The notes beneath the pieces are model-generated. The model was not told the DNA's origin and did no database searches. It was given only the letters and a program-made list of their open reading frames with translations. From contig JAVHQC010000015.1 of the NCBI GenBank assembly GCA_036170915.1, forward strand, positions 32,001 to 96,000: DNA of 64,000 bases, given 5' to 3'. Shown here piece by piece: positions 41,023 through 50,255 of this stretch (the stretch's first letter is position 1; every line of letters begins with the position of its first letter). The position numbers and the translations under genes are program-made. Source of the DNA: Cyanobacteria bacterium auto_48_18. Lineage in GTDB: Bacteria; Cyanobacteriota; Vampirovibrionia; Obscuribacterales; Obscuribacteraceae.

Positions 41023-41052
41023 AGTATATCCAAGAGTTAGAAAAACTGTCAA
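41023..41052 (-). promoter_or_regulatory. Near-consensus sigma70 promoter of the rpmG operon
   Basis: TTGACA(41052-41047)-N18-TATACT(41028-41023). Confidence 0.75.
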
Positions 41053-41071
41053 TAAAGCTAAAATAAAGGCG

Positions 41072-42727
41072 ATGAGAAATATTGGCGATGACAGGTATTT
41101 AATTTCGGCGTTCGCCAAGAGGCTCGGGCACTGCTTTTTAGCAATGCTGCTATTGATAAGTGTTCTTTCACTTTCGGCCTGCACCCGCCCCAGAAGCCGC
41201 TTTGAGACAGGTGTGCTGCGTGTCAACTTAGGCACGGAACCCCCTGGTCTTGACTGGCATACTGCTACTGATTCCACATCCTTTGATGTGGTTTCCAATC
41301 TCATGGTCGGCCTTACCCAGTACACCAATAAGCTTACCTGCGCCCCTTCCTGCGCTAAAAGCTGGGAAATTCTTGATGGTGGCAGGCGTTATGTTTTCCA
41401 CTTAAGAGACGATTTGCGCTGGACTGATGGAAAACCCGTCACAGCCTACGATTTCGAATACGCATGGAAACGCCTGCTCAATCCTGTCACCGCCGCTCAA
41501 TACGCATTCTTTCTTTACGATGTGGTCAATGCCCGAGAATACAACACCGGTAAATTGAAAAGCGCAGATACTCTTGGCATCAAAGCGGTCGATGATCACA
41601 CTTTTGAAGTGCGTCTGCGCAAACCGGCCGCGTACTTTATATATCTCACTGCATTTTGCGTCAGCTTCCCCATGCGCAAAGATGTGGTGGAAAAGTGGGG
41701 CGATCGCTGGACGGAGCCTGAACATTTTGTCACTAACGGTCCGTTCAAGCTGACCAAATGGCAACACGAATACAAAATGGAACTGGCCGCCAACGAGAGT
41801 TATTTTGACCGTGTGCCCCAGGTCAAGCTAATCAAAATGTTTATGGTGCCGGAAGCGTCTACTGCTTTTGCCCTGTACGAAAACGATGAGCTCGACTTCA
41901 TCGACAACCGCAGCTTTGCTACTCCTGATGTAGAACGTTATCGAAATTCGCCTGAGTATAAAAACTTTCCCCTGCTGCGCGCCAACTATTTAGCTTTCAA
42001 CGTCAGTAAAAAACCTTTTACCGATGTACGCATCAGAAAGGCCGTGGCAATGGCTATTGACCGCTCTATTTTTCCACGCATTTTAAGACGCGGAGAACGT
42101 CCTGCCACCAGTTGGATACCACCGGCGCTACCAGGTTATTCACCTGATTCTGGTACAAAATTCGACCCTGCCGCTGCTCGCGCTTTGCTGGCCGAAGCCG
42201 GATACCCGGGCGGAAAAGGTCTACCCAAAGCCGAATTGCTGTATCCGAACCGCGATGATGTGCGCTTAACGGTTGAAGCCACTCAAGATCAATTGAAACG
42301 CAATTTAGGCATGGAAATAGAACTGGTTAATCAGGAATGGAAAGTTTATTTGGCCACTGTGCGCAAAGACGCGCCGCCAATGTTTCGCAATTCATGGGGA
42401 GCCGATTTTCCCGACCCCGAAACTTTCATGAATTTGTTCACTAAAGATTGCGGCAACAACGACACTAAATGGTCTGATCCGCGTTACGATGCCTTAATCG
42501 AAGCCGCTCAAGGTGAGCTCAACGCAGCCAAGCGAGCCGATCTTTATCGTCAGGCCGACGTAATGCTTTGTCGCGAGGCGGTGCCGATCGTGCCGACATT
42601 TTTAGCCACGCAGAATATCATGATCAAACCATGGGTGACCGGAATTGCCATCAATCCGCTCGATTTGCAGTTCTTTAAAGATGTTGTGGTGAGCGACTCT
42701 CAAGCCAATCAAAGAGAAACAAGATGA
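41072..42727 (+). CDS. oppA: Oligopeptide ABC transporter substrate-binding lipoprotein
   Basis: Lipobox LSAC; WTDGKPVTAYDF.YAWKR..P, NGPFKL, WGADFPDP. The track start at 40877 overlaps rpmG and is rejected. Confidence 0.92.
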   Translation: MRNIGDDRYLISAFAKRLGHCFLAMLLLISVLSLSACTRPRSRFETGVLRVNLGTEPPGLDWHTATDSTSFDVVSNLMVGLTQYTNKLTCAPSCAKSWEILDGGRRYVFHLRDDLRWTDGKPVTAYDFEYAWKRLLNPVTAAQYAFFLYDVVNAREYNTGKLKSADTLGIKAVDDHTFEVRLRKPAAYFIYLTAFCVSFPMRKDVVEKWGDRWTEPEHFVTNGPFKLTKWQHEYKMELAANESYFDRVPQVKLIKMFMVPEASTAFALYENDELDFIDNRSFATPDVERYRNSPEYKNFPLLRANYLAFNVSKKPFTDVRIRKAVAMAIDRSIFPRILRRGERPATSWIPPALPGYSPDSGTKFDPAAARALLAEAGYPGGKGLPKAELLYPNRDDVRLTVEATQDQLKRNLGMEIELVNQEWKVYLATVRKDAPPMFRNSWGADFPDPETFMNLFTKDCGNNDTKWSDPRYDALIEAAQGELNAAKRADLYRQADVMLCREAVPIVPTFLATQNIMIKPWVTGIAINPLDLQFFKDVVVSDSQANQRETR

Positions 42728-42758
42728 GAATACTTGCAAATTTGCTCAGGAATAATCA

Positions 42759-43679
42759 ATGCTGGCCTTAATCATCAAACGAATATTGCTGGCCATTCCA
42801 GTGCTACTGGTGGTGGCGTCGCTTACATTTGTGCTGGTGCGCATTGTTCCTGGCGGGCCGTTCGACGCCGACAAAAATTTGCCCCCGGAAATTATTGCTA
42901 ACCTCAATGCCAAATATCATTTAGACAAACCTGTGCCTGAGCAATATTTGCTTTATCTAGGTCGCCTGGCCCAGGGCGATCTTGGTGTCTCATACAAATA
43001 TGTCAATCGCACAGTCAATGATATTCTCGCTGACGCCTTTCCTGTGTCGCTACAACTGGGCACCATCAGCTTGACTCTAGCAGTGCTTGTGGGTGTGCCT
43101 TTAGGAGCTATCGCTGCAGTCTGCCGTGGGCGCAAAGAAGACGTTATTGCCATGTTTCTTTCCACCCTTGGTATCTCAGTGCCGGGTTTTGTTATTGGTG
43201 CCACACTGATTTTTGTTTTTGCCATCAAGTTGCGTGTTCTACCGGTTGGCTTATGGGAATCACCCTGGCATGTGGTATTGCCCGCAGTGACTCTGGCTTT
43301 TTCGCCTGCTGCTTATTTAGCCCGGTTAACGAGAGCATCGGTTCTTGAAATTGTCGAAAAAGACTGGGTGCGCACCGCACGCTCGAAGGGGCTATCACAG
43401 TGGAATACGGTCCTGAAGCACATATTGCGTAATTCTCTGATTCCAGTTGTCACAGTGCTCGGCCCGCTAACAGCGATTGTGATCACAGGCTCTTTTGTGG
43501 TGGAATATATTTACGCTATTCCCGGAATGGGTCGCTTTTTCATCACCGCCGTAATGAACCGCGATTATGATTTGATTTTAGGCACCACTCTGGTGTTTGC
43601 CGTGCTTTTAATTATCGCCAATACTTTTGTCGATCTGGCTTATCAGTTCCTTGACCCCCGCATGCGCATTGAGGATTAA
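42759..43679 (+). CDS. oppB: Oligopeptide ABC transporter permease
   Basis: PGGPF, GDLGVS, TARSKG (EAA loop), PGMG, DPR. Confidence 0.93.
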   Translation: MLALIIKRILLAIPVLLVVASLTFVLVRIVPGGPFDADKNLPPEIIANLNAKYHLDKPVPEQYLLYLGRLAQGDLGVSYKYVNRTVNDILADAFPVSLQLGTISLTLAVLVGVPLGAIAAVCRGRKEDVIAMFLSTLGISVPGFVIGATLIFVFAIKLRVLPVGLWESPWHVVLPAVTLAFSPAAYLARLTRASVLEIVEKDWVRTARSKGLSQWNTVLKHILRNSLIPVVTVLGPLTAIVITGSFVVEYIYAIPGMGRFFITAVMNRDYDLILGTTLVFAVLLIIANTFVDLAYQFLDPRMRIED

Positions 43680-43694
43680 ACTAATGGAAATTAA

Positions 43695-44591
43695 ATGGAA
43701 ATAGTCGAGAAGGCACCAGTGCCGGTGGCAGCGCCATTAGACCAAAGTGTGATGGCGCGCATCAAACGCATTCCCACCGCATATCTGGCCTTGTGGATAA
43801 TCGGTGCTATTTGTGTGGTGGCACTGCTCTCATTTATGGGATGCAGTCTCTGCCAATATTCTTTTGATCAGACCTCAAGCGATTTTCTTGCCGGGCCCAG
43901 TACTGAGCACTGGATGGGCACCGACGAGCTGGGTCGCGATTTGTTTTCGCGCATTGTTTATGGTGCCAGGTTATCCATTGCCATCGGTTTGACTACGGCC
44001 GCGGTGGCTTTTGTCATTGGCACTCTCTATGGTGCGCTTTCCGGATACCTGGGCGGCAAAGTTGACACTCTGATGATGCGCGGCGTTGATATTGCTTACT
44101 CATTGCCCGATTTGCTGGTGATGATTTTGATTGGAGTCTTACTCGGTCGCGGCACTGTTGGCATACTTATTGCACTGGGCCTGGTTAGCTGGATGGGCAC
44201 TGCACGCCTGGTGCGGGCACAATTTTTGCAACTTAAAAATGAAGAGTTTATCGAAGCCGCTCGGGCTCAAGGGCAATCAGGATGGAACATTGTTTTCAAA
44301 CATCTTCTGCCCAATGCGCTAGGGCCGATTATTGTCGCCCTGACATTTACCGTGCCGTCAGCAATTCTCTCTGAGTCTACTTTGAGCTTCATCGGTTTGG
44401 GGCTCTCACCACCCGCATGCAGCTGGGGCACGCTGGCCTCAGACGGATGGCGCTCGCTGCGAGCTCACCCGCACCTGATATTTTTCCCCTCACTTTTTAT
44501 TTTCATAACCGTACTTTCGTTCAATTTTCTTGGTGACGGCCTGCGCGATGCGCTTGATCCACGTACAAGACTGGGCAAAAAATCACATTAG
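43695..44591 (+). CDS. oppC: Oligopeptide ABC transporter permease
   Basis: HWMGTDELGRD, EAARAQG, HLLPN, SWG, GDGLRDALDPR. Confidence 0.93.
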   Translation: MEIVEKAPVPVAAPLDQSVMARIKRIPTAYLALWIIGAICVVALLSFMGCSLCQYSFDQTSSDFLAGPSTEHWMGTDELGRDLFSRIVYGARLSIAIGLTTAAVAFVIGTLYGALSGYLGGKVDTLMMRGVDIAYSLPDLLVMILIGVLLGRGTVGILIALGLVSWMGTARLVRAQFLQLKNEEFIEAARAQGQSGWNIVFKHLLPNALGPIIVALTFTVPSAILSESTLSFIGLGLSPPACSWGTLASDGWRSLRAHPHLIFFPSLFIFITVLSFNFLGDGLRDALDPRTRLGKKSH

Positions 44592-44663
44592 TTTCGGTAT
44601 TTTTGTGCCACTGGTGGAACTACCGAGCAGTTGGGTACATAGTCTTGTATCTAATGGTCTGCT

Positions 44664-45086
44664 ATGGCTAATAAACCCACTTTTGAAATTGGACGCAAAG
44701 GGCTTGTAATAGTCCTGGTGCCGCTTGCCTGCAATCTGGCATTTCTCTTTGCTTTCGCCATTTTGCTGCAACAGTCTGAAGCTGAAGTACAGAGGCATAT
44801 TCGCTCAAAAGCAATTATTGCTCACGCTAATGTACTCTCTAAGAGCTTTTATGACTGCGGCATTGCCATGGGCGGATACAGTATTACCAAAAGCCCTCTT
44901 TTTGCTGATCGGTTTGAGAAAATAAAAACGGAAATTCCTCGAGAGTTGCAAGAACTGAAGATAATTGTGGGTAGTGACAATGAAAAGCAGTCACGCACCA
45001 TGGTGCGACTAGAGCGCATAACAGCTCAAGGGCTTGAGATTCTCAATAGCGCTAAAGCCGCTATCGATGATAATCGCCTAGAGTGA
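44664..45086 (+). CDS. Truncated paralog (TM1 + helical sensor domain only) of the kinase at 46942
   Basis: Hand alignment gives 82/140 identities, including an identical AMGGYSITKSPLF. It may be a functional fragment or a pseudogene. Confidence 0.75.
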   Translation: MANKPTFEIGRKGLVIVLVPLACNLAFLFAFAILLQQSEAEVQRHIRSKAIIAHANVLSKSFYDCGIAMGGYSITKSPLFADRFEKIKTEIPRELQELKIIVGSDNEKQSRTMVRLERITAQGLEILNSAKAAIDDNRLE

Positions 45087-45156
45087 GTGCCCTAATTTAG
45101 ACGATAGAAAGTACTATCGATTTGGGCACAACACAATTATCAGTCTCGAGGGTTCT

Positions 45157-45804
45157 ATGAGCGCCTTAATTTTTCGCAAAAACGCTGGTGCCGCAAGCTA
45201 CCTTGCTATGGTCGTTTTATTGACTGCCGGCACGCTACATCTGCGTCAGCATCAGCACGCCAGGTTGGGTTGTTGCGATTACAGAACTTATGTTGCCAGT
45301 CAGGTGGACAACAGAGATATGGACTTGCAGCTGTACAGGAGCGTAGTCCACTTTCGCTCAATTGGTTTCTACAACGAGTCGCGCGAGCGTTGCCTTGAAA
45401 TTATTGAGACAAACCACAATCAGGAAATTGTAGGTAAAGCTCGCGAGTACCTTGAGACTGGCTTGCTTGACCATAAACTTGATGATGCGGTGCAGCTAAA
45501 ATATAACACCGCAATGAAGGAATTTCGCGACAACCCCGAGCTGGCAGAAAAGCTGGTGCGTCAATGCCTCAACCAAGATCCTAAATTCTTCCATGCCAAA
45601 GGCTCGCTTGCCCTGATGCTTAGTTGTAATGGTCAATCCAGGCAAGCGATTTGCCTCTTAGACGAAGTTTTGAGGCAAAACCCTAAATATGCGAGAGGCT
45701 ATTTTTTCCTTTCTCAAATTTATGATCAGCTTGGTGAGGCTGACCTTGCTTCCACAGCAAGACTCAAAGCAGCTAAGCTCGATCCTGATTCGATGTTCTA
45801 TTGA
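45157..45804 (+). CDS. Exported TPR protein
   Basis: N-terminal hydrophobic segment; TPRs ending QDPK, QNPK and LDPD. Confidence 0.78.
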   Translation: MSALIFRKNAGAASYLAMVVLLTAGTLHLRQHQHARLGCCDYRTYVASQVDNRDMDLQLYRSVVHFRSIGFYNESRERCLEIIETNHNQEIVGKAREYLETGLLDHKLDDAVQLKYNTAMKEFRDNPELAEKLVRQCLNQDPKFFHAKGSLALMLSCNGQSRQAICLLDEVLRQNPKYARGYFFLSQIYDQLGEADLASTARLKAAKLDPDSMFY

Positions 45805-45924
45805 CGCCACGGTTCAGCGATTTTTGTAAGATTGGCACAGGTTCTGATAAACCTGTTTCTAATGCCGCCCCAGCGGGTATGAACATCAGTGGATGGGGCT
45901 CTCGGCCAGAAAGCGGAATTATTC

Positions 45925-46920
45925 ATGCGCTCACTATCGCCTTTTATAATTGCACTAACAGTCGCATTTTGCGCCACACTTTGCGCCGGGCCCGCTCTGG
46001 CCGATGATAAGGGTTGGGTTCTGACTCAGCGTTCGGCCAATTTTGGCGATCAGTATGTCTATATCAGCCCCACGGGTTTGAAGCTGGTTAGTCCTAAGCA
46101 AGGTGTCAACATCGTCACCAGCGCTCCTGATTGGAACGTTGCCCTGTACAACGATAAAACTCGCATGTATTACAGCACCAGCTTTGCCAAATGGATGCAA
46201 GATTTAGATCGCAAGCTGGCTGGCCGGGGTCAAGACATGTCCCAGCGAAAATGGACTAAATCCGGTTCACATAATATTGCTGGTTTGCAAGCCACTCAGT
46301 ATGTCGTAGAAGGCGGCACAGCCCAGATGGCTGCCAAACATTCAGCAGGTATTCGGCACGCCGATTGTTGGATTTCTGACGATATTGCCGTACCTCCGCA
46401 AATTTCACAAATGCTGGCCAAAGTTTATGGTCTGCCAGATACCAGAACTTTTCCGTTGAAAGTAAGCACTGTTTCCACTTCCGGTACGCTTACTAACATG
46501 CTAGATACTTACCGCACCCAAGTCTGTCCCATTCCTGCTCATTATTTCGGTCTACCTCAAGGCTATCGTCGTGCCGACAGCGAAGCTGAGGTGATGGTTG
46601 ACGATGAGACCAGGCAAATTCTTAATGACCTGGCTTCGGATCAACCTAATAGGCAGACTCCTTCGCCCACGCAAACTTACGCACAACCGACTTATCAACC
46701 GCAGCCAGCATTCAGGCCAACGGCTCAGCCAGCTGTTGTGCCGGTCCAGCAAGGCAACAATCCAGTTACACCGCCGGTGGCATCCACCCCTGCTCCTTTG
46801 ACTCCATCTGTAGGTCCAAACGGCGAACCGTCCATCAACCTTGGTGGCGGCTACAGTCTTGACCGCGAAAAATTGCAGCGCATTAAAGAAGCACTGCTGA
46901 ATCCCAACAAGAAACCCTGA
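45925..46920 (+). CDS. Secreted protein (DUF4412-like beta domain) with a Pro/Gln-rich tail
   Basis: Signal peptide ending ALA; IAGLQATQY..CWIS pattern; F.LP.GY; family assignment tentative. Confidence 0.7.
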   Translation: MRSLSPFIIALTVAFCATLCAGPALADDKGWVLTQRSANFGDQYVYISPTGLKLVSPKQGVNIVTSAPDWNVALYNDKTRMYYSTSFAKWMQDLDRKLAGRGQDMSQRKWTKSGSHNIAGLQATQYVVEGGTAQMAAKHSAGIRHADCWISDDIAVPPQISQMLAKVYGLPDTRTFPLKVSTVSTSGTLTNMLDTYRTQVCPIPAHYFGLPQGYRRADSEAEVMVDDETRQILNDLASDQPNRQTPSPTQTYAQPTYQPQPAFRPTAQPAVVPVQQGNNPVTPPVASTPAPLTPSVGPNGEPSINLGGGYSLDREKLQRIKEALLNPNKKP

Positions 46921-46941
46921 TCACCGAGTATAGGACGTCGC

Positions 46942-49209
46942 ATGCGACTCAATCTTCAACTTAAGATTTCGCATAAGGGATTTATTCTCGTATTAGTTCC
47001 GCTCGTTTTCGAACTTGTGTTTTTGATTGTGCTCTCGGTACTTTTGCAACAAGCCGAAGTTGAAGTGCAGCGACAGGTGCGTTCAAAGGCAATTATTTCG
47101 CAGGCCAATGCTCTTTCCAAATTGTTCTATGATGCAGGCGTAGCCATGGGTGGCTACAGTATTACCAAGAGCCCGTTGTTCTCAGATCGTTATGACAAAA
47201 TCGTGCGCCAGATTCCCCTCGATTTAGCCGAACTTAAAGGGCTCGTTGGCGACAATGATAAACAGCAGTTGATTTTAGGACGACTGCAGACCATTACATC
47301 AGACGGTTTGAAAATTTTAGGTGAAGCTAAAGCGGCCATTGACGACAACCGTGTAGACGTGGCGCAGTTCCGTGCCAGACACATGTACAAACAAATCAGG
47401 CAGCTGGCTGACCAGTTGCAAGACGAGTTGAAAGGGCTGACTGAAGACGAAAGGAAAATTGAAAGCGAGAGTCCGGAACAACAAAATAGATCCCGGGCGG
47501 CGGTAAAGATGTTCCTGGTCTTTGGTGTCGTACTGAATATTGGTATAGCCTTCTTGCTCTTGTATTATTTCTTGCGCAGCATTTCTACTCGTCTAAATAC
47601 AGTGACAGACAACTCATTTAGATTGGCTCGTGGTCAGAAATTGCGGCCGCCTCTCAGTGGCAACGATGAAATCGCGCAGCTCGATGACGCATTCCGTAGT
47701 ATGGCTGAAGCACTGGCAGAGGCCAGCCGTAAAGAACGAGCCGTAATCGAAAATGCTGCTGATGTAATTTGTTCTATTGATATGGATGGCAAATTCGTGG
47801 CCGTTAACCCCGCATCTTACGAGAGCTGGGGCTTCTATCCTGATGAGCTGATGGGGCGCCGCTTTATCGAAGTGATCATGCCTGAAGATGTGCCTGATAC
47901 CATCCGCGCCGTGCGCTCCGTGCGTGGTGCCACTAGTAAAGTCAACTTTGAAAACCGCGTCAAGAAACGCGATGGCAGTATGGTTAACGTCTTGTGGTCG
48001 GCAGACTGGTCCGAAAAAGACCGAGCATTATTCTGCGTTGCCCACGACATTACTCAGCGTAAATTAGTAGAAGAAGCGATTAAGGCTAACGAAGCTCGCA
48101 TTCGCAACATCATCAATAACATGATGGTGGGCCTGATTATTGTCACCCGCGATGGTTTAATCGAGTCAATCAACCCGCGCACAGAGTCAATGTTCTCCAC
48201 TCGCAGCCATGAAATGCTTGGCCGCCACATGATGTCGCTCTTTGCTGACGCTCGCCATTTCTCAGTCAACGACCCCAGTGATCGCCAGGCCTTTATGGAA
48301 ACATTGTTCACTAAAGCCTTGAATCGCATTGGTGAATTTGACTGCTTGTCCGCCAATGGCGAAGATTTCCCTGTGGAAATTTCATTGACCGAATTCGTTT
48401 CTCCAGATGGTGCGGTGCGCTTTATGGCTAACGTACTTGATGTGTCTGAGCGCAAAGAAGTAGAGCGCATGAAGAAAGAATTCGTTTCTACTGTGTCACA
48501 CGAGCTGCGCACGCCTCTCACATCTATTCGTGGATCGCTCACACTGTTGGCTGTGGGTGCCATGGGCTCGCTGCCTGAGCAGGCGAAGAAAGTAGTGACT
48601 ATTGCCGAACGCAACACCATAAGATTGATTGGCTTGATTAACGATATTCTCGATGTTGAAAAACTCGAAGCAGGCAAACTCGACATGGAGCTGGCAGACG
48701 TAGGCGTGGCTTCAATTTTCGAGCGTTCAGAACAAGCGGTCAATACATTTGCTGCTAACAATGGTGTTCTACTCGAGATGCAACCCAGTGGCGAAATGGT
48801 GCATGCCGATGGCGACCGTCTGGTGCAGGTGCTCGTCAACTTGATTTCCAACGCCGTTAAATTCTCGCCCAAAGGTGCGGCAGTGACCGTAAGCTCGGCT
48901 GAAATTCCTGGCGGATTTATTGAAGTGCACGTCACTGATAGAGGCCGCGGTATTCCAGAGAGCTTTAAAAACAGATTGTTTCAAAGGTTCCAACAAGTTG
49001 AAGCATCAGATGCTAAGAAGAAAGGTGGTACCGGTCTTGGTCTGGCCATCTGTAAGGGTATCGTTGAGCAACACGGTGGCACCATTGGTGTCGAATCGGA
49101 AGAAGGTAAGGGTTCCACATTCTGGTTCCGCATTCCGAAGGCGCACAATGTCCCAAAGCACCAGGTGCAGGTGCTTGAGCCTGCCGCTTTGCAATCGCGT
49201 CCTTTCTAA
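46942..49209 (+). CDS. Membrane sensor histidine kinase: TM-helical (CHASE3-like) sensor-TM-HAMP-PAS-PAS-HisKA-HATPase
   Basis: Two TMs, DEIAQL HAMP, two PAS/PAC (HDIT, LDVS), VSHELRTPL, NLISNA, GTGLGL. Confidence 0.95.
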   Translation: MRLNLQLKISHKGFILVLVPLVFELVFLIVLSVLLQQAEVEVQRQVRSKAIISQANALSKLFYDAGVAMGGYSITKSPLFSDRYDKIVRQIPLDLAELKGLVGDNDKQQLILGRLQTITSDGLKILGEAKAAIDDNRVDVAQFRARHMYKQIRQLADQLQDELKGLTEDERKIESESPEQQNRSRAAVKMFLVFGVVLNIGIAFLLLYYFLRSISTRLNTVTDNSFRLARGQKLRPPLSGNDEIAQLDDAFRSMAEALAEASRKERAVIENAADVICSIDMDGKFVAVNPASYESWGFYPDELMGRRFIEVIMPEDVPDTIRAVRSVRGATSKVNFENRVKKRDGSMVNVLWSADWSEKDRALFCVAHDITQRKLVEEAIKANEARIRNIINNMMVGLIIVTRDGLIESINPRTESMFSTRSHEMLGRHMMSLFADARHFSVNDPSDRQAFMETLFTKALNRIGEFDCLSANGEDFPVEISLTEFVSPDGAVRFMANVLDVSERKEVERMKKEFVSTVSHELRTPLTSIRGSLTLLAVGAMGSLPEQAKKVVTIAERNTIRLIGLINDILDVEKLEAGKLDMELADVGVASIFERSEQAVNTFAANNGVLLEMQPSGEMVHADGDRLVQVLVNLISNAVKFSPKGAAVTVSSAEIPGGFIEVHVTDRGRGIPESFKNRLFQRFQQVEASDAKKKGGTGLGLAICKGIVEQHGGTIGVESEEGKGSTFWFRIPKAHNVPKHQVQVLEPAALQSRPF

Positions 49210-49328
49210 GCGTTAATTTAAAGCCAAAATGGTTTTCACCAGGCATTTTTGGTGAACACTTTTAAGTGTATTGTTTTAGATATTCATTTGGATCAGGGAT
49301 CAAATTTAGTCTTTGGGGAAATTGTTAA

Positions 49329-49736
49329 ATGAAGGTTCTCATAATTGATGACGAAGAGGACTTTCGCACGGTGGCCAGCTCATGCTTGGGCCTGCTGGGC
49401 GGAGACACTGTGCGGGAAGCCTGCTCTGGTAAAGAGGGGCTTGAGATGGCCAGAGAAGAGGTGCCTGATGTAATTCTTCTCGACCTGGTGATGGAAGGCA
49501 TGGATGGTATGCAAACTCTGGCCAATCTGCGTGAAATTCCGGAAGCTGCCACTGTGCCAGTGATTTTTTGCACCACCAAAGGCATGTTTCCTGAGTTCGA
49601 AGAAATGAAAAAGCTGGGTGCCCTGGCGGTGATCACCAAGCCTTTCGATCCTCTAAAGCTCTCTGAGCAGATCAAAGATATCCTCAAAGGTGCCGGTTTT
49701 GCGGCAGCTAGTGCCACCAATGCGGCGGGAAACTAG
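49329..49736 (+). CDS. Single-domain response regulator
   Basis: VLIIDD, ILLDLVM, FCT, TKPF. Confidence 0.93.
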   Translation: MKVLIIDDEEDFRTVASSCLGLLGGDTVREACSGKEGLEMAREEVPDVILLDLVMEGMDGMQTLANLREIPEAATVPVIFCTTKGMFPEFEEMKKLGALAVITKPFDPLKLSEQIKDILKGAGFAAASATNAAGN

Positions 49737-49828
49737 CTACAAAGAAACAGGGGAACTAAAGCAATACTGGGTATTAAGTGTGTAATGGCGATTTTGGCGT
49801 TTAGAAAGAAGAAAATTTAGGAGAGACA

Positions 49829-50206
49829 ATGAGAGTTCTCATCATTGACGATGAAGAAGATACCCGTTCGATTGCCAGTATGAGCCTAACTATTCTTGGC
49901 GGATTGGAAGTAATCGAAGCAGAAAATGGACAGGACGGCGTGAACAAAGCGGCGGCAGAACAGCCTGATGTGATCTTGCTAGATATGATGATGCCCATCA
50001 TGGACGGACCAAGCACTCTCGAAGCGCTGCGCAGCAATGATCGCACTCGCAATATTCCTGTAATTTTCCTCACCGCTAAAGCTATGACTTCAGAAATTGA
50101 AAGACTGAAACGCATGGGCGCGCGCGGCATTCTTACTAAGCCTTTTGATCCTACGGTTCTGGCTACTCAAATGAAAGCCATACTTGACACCACATCACCA
50201 AGCTAG
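49829..50206 (+). CDS. Single-domain response regulator, tandem paralog
   Basis: VLIIDD, ILLDMMM, FLTA, TKPF; AGGAG SD. Confidence 0.95.
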   Translation: MRVLIIDDEEDTRSIASMSLTILGGLEVIEAENGQDGVNKAAAEQPDVILLDMMMPIMDGPSTLEALRSNDRTRNIPVIFLTAKAMTSEIERLKRMGARGILTKPFDPTVLATQMKAILDTTSPS

Positions 50207-50255
50207 CAAGAATACGCCTGCAAGAACACTAAGGGTACAAGGGGTTAGATAAGGC

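Noticed and set aside
40877..41071. N-terminal extension of oppA in the ORF track
   Set aside because: It overlaps rpmG, its leader and its promoter on the other strand, and the lipoprotein signal begins later.
41700..41707. HIP1 octamer GCGATCGC
   Set aside because: It is an isolated occurrence, with no visible enrichment of the kind seen in many oxygenic cyanobacteria.
45084..45110. TGA read-through extending the sensor fragment
   Set aside because: An in-frame TAA follows three codons later and a TAG soon after, and no kinase sequence remains downstream.
48054..48935. 293-aa minus-strand ORF
   Set aside because: It is an antisense shadow of the histidine kinase.
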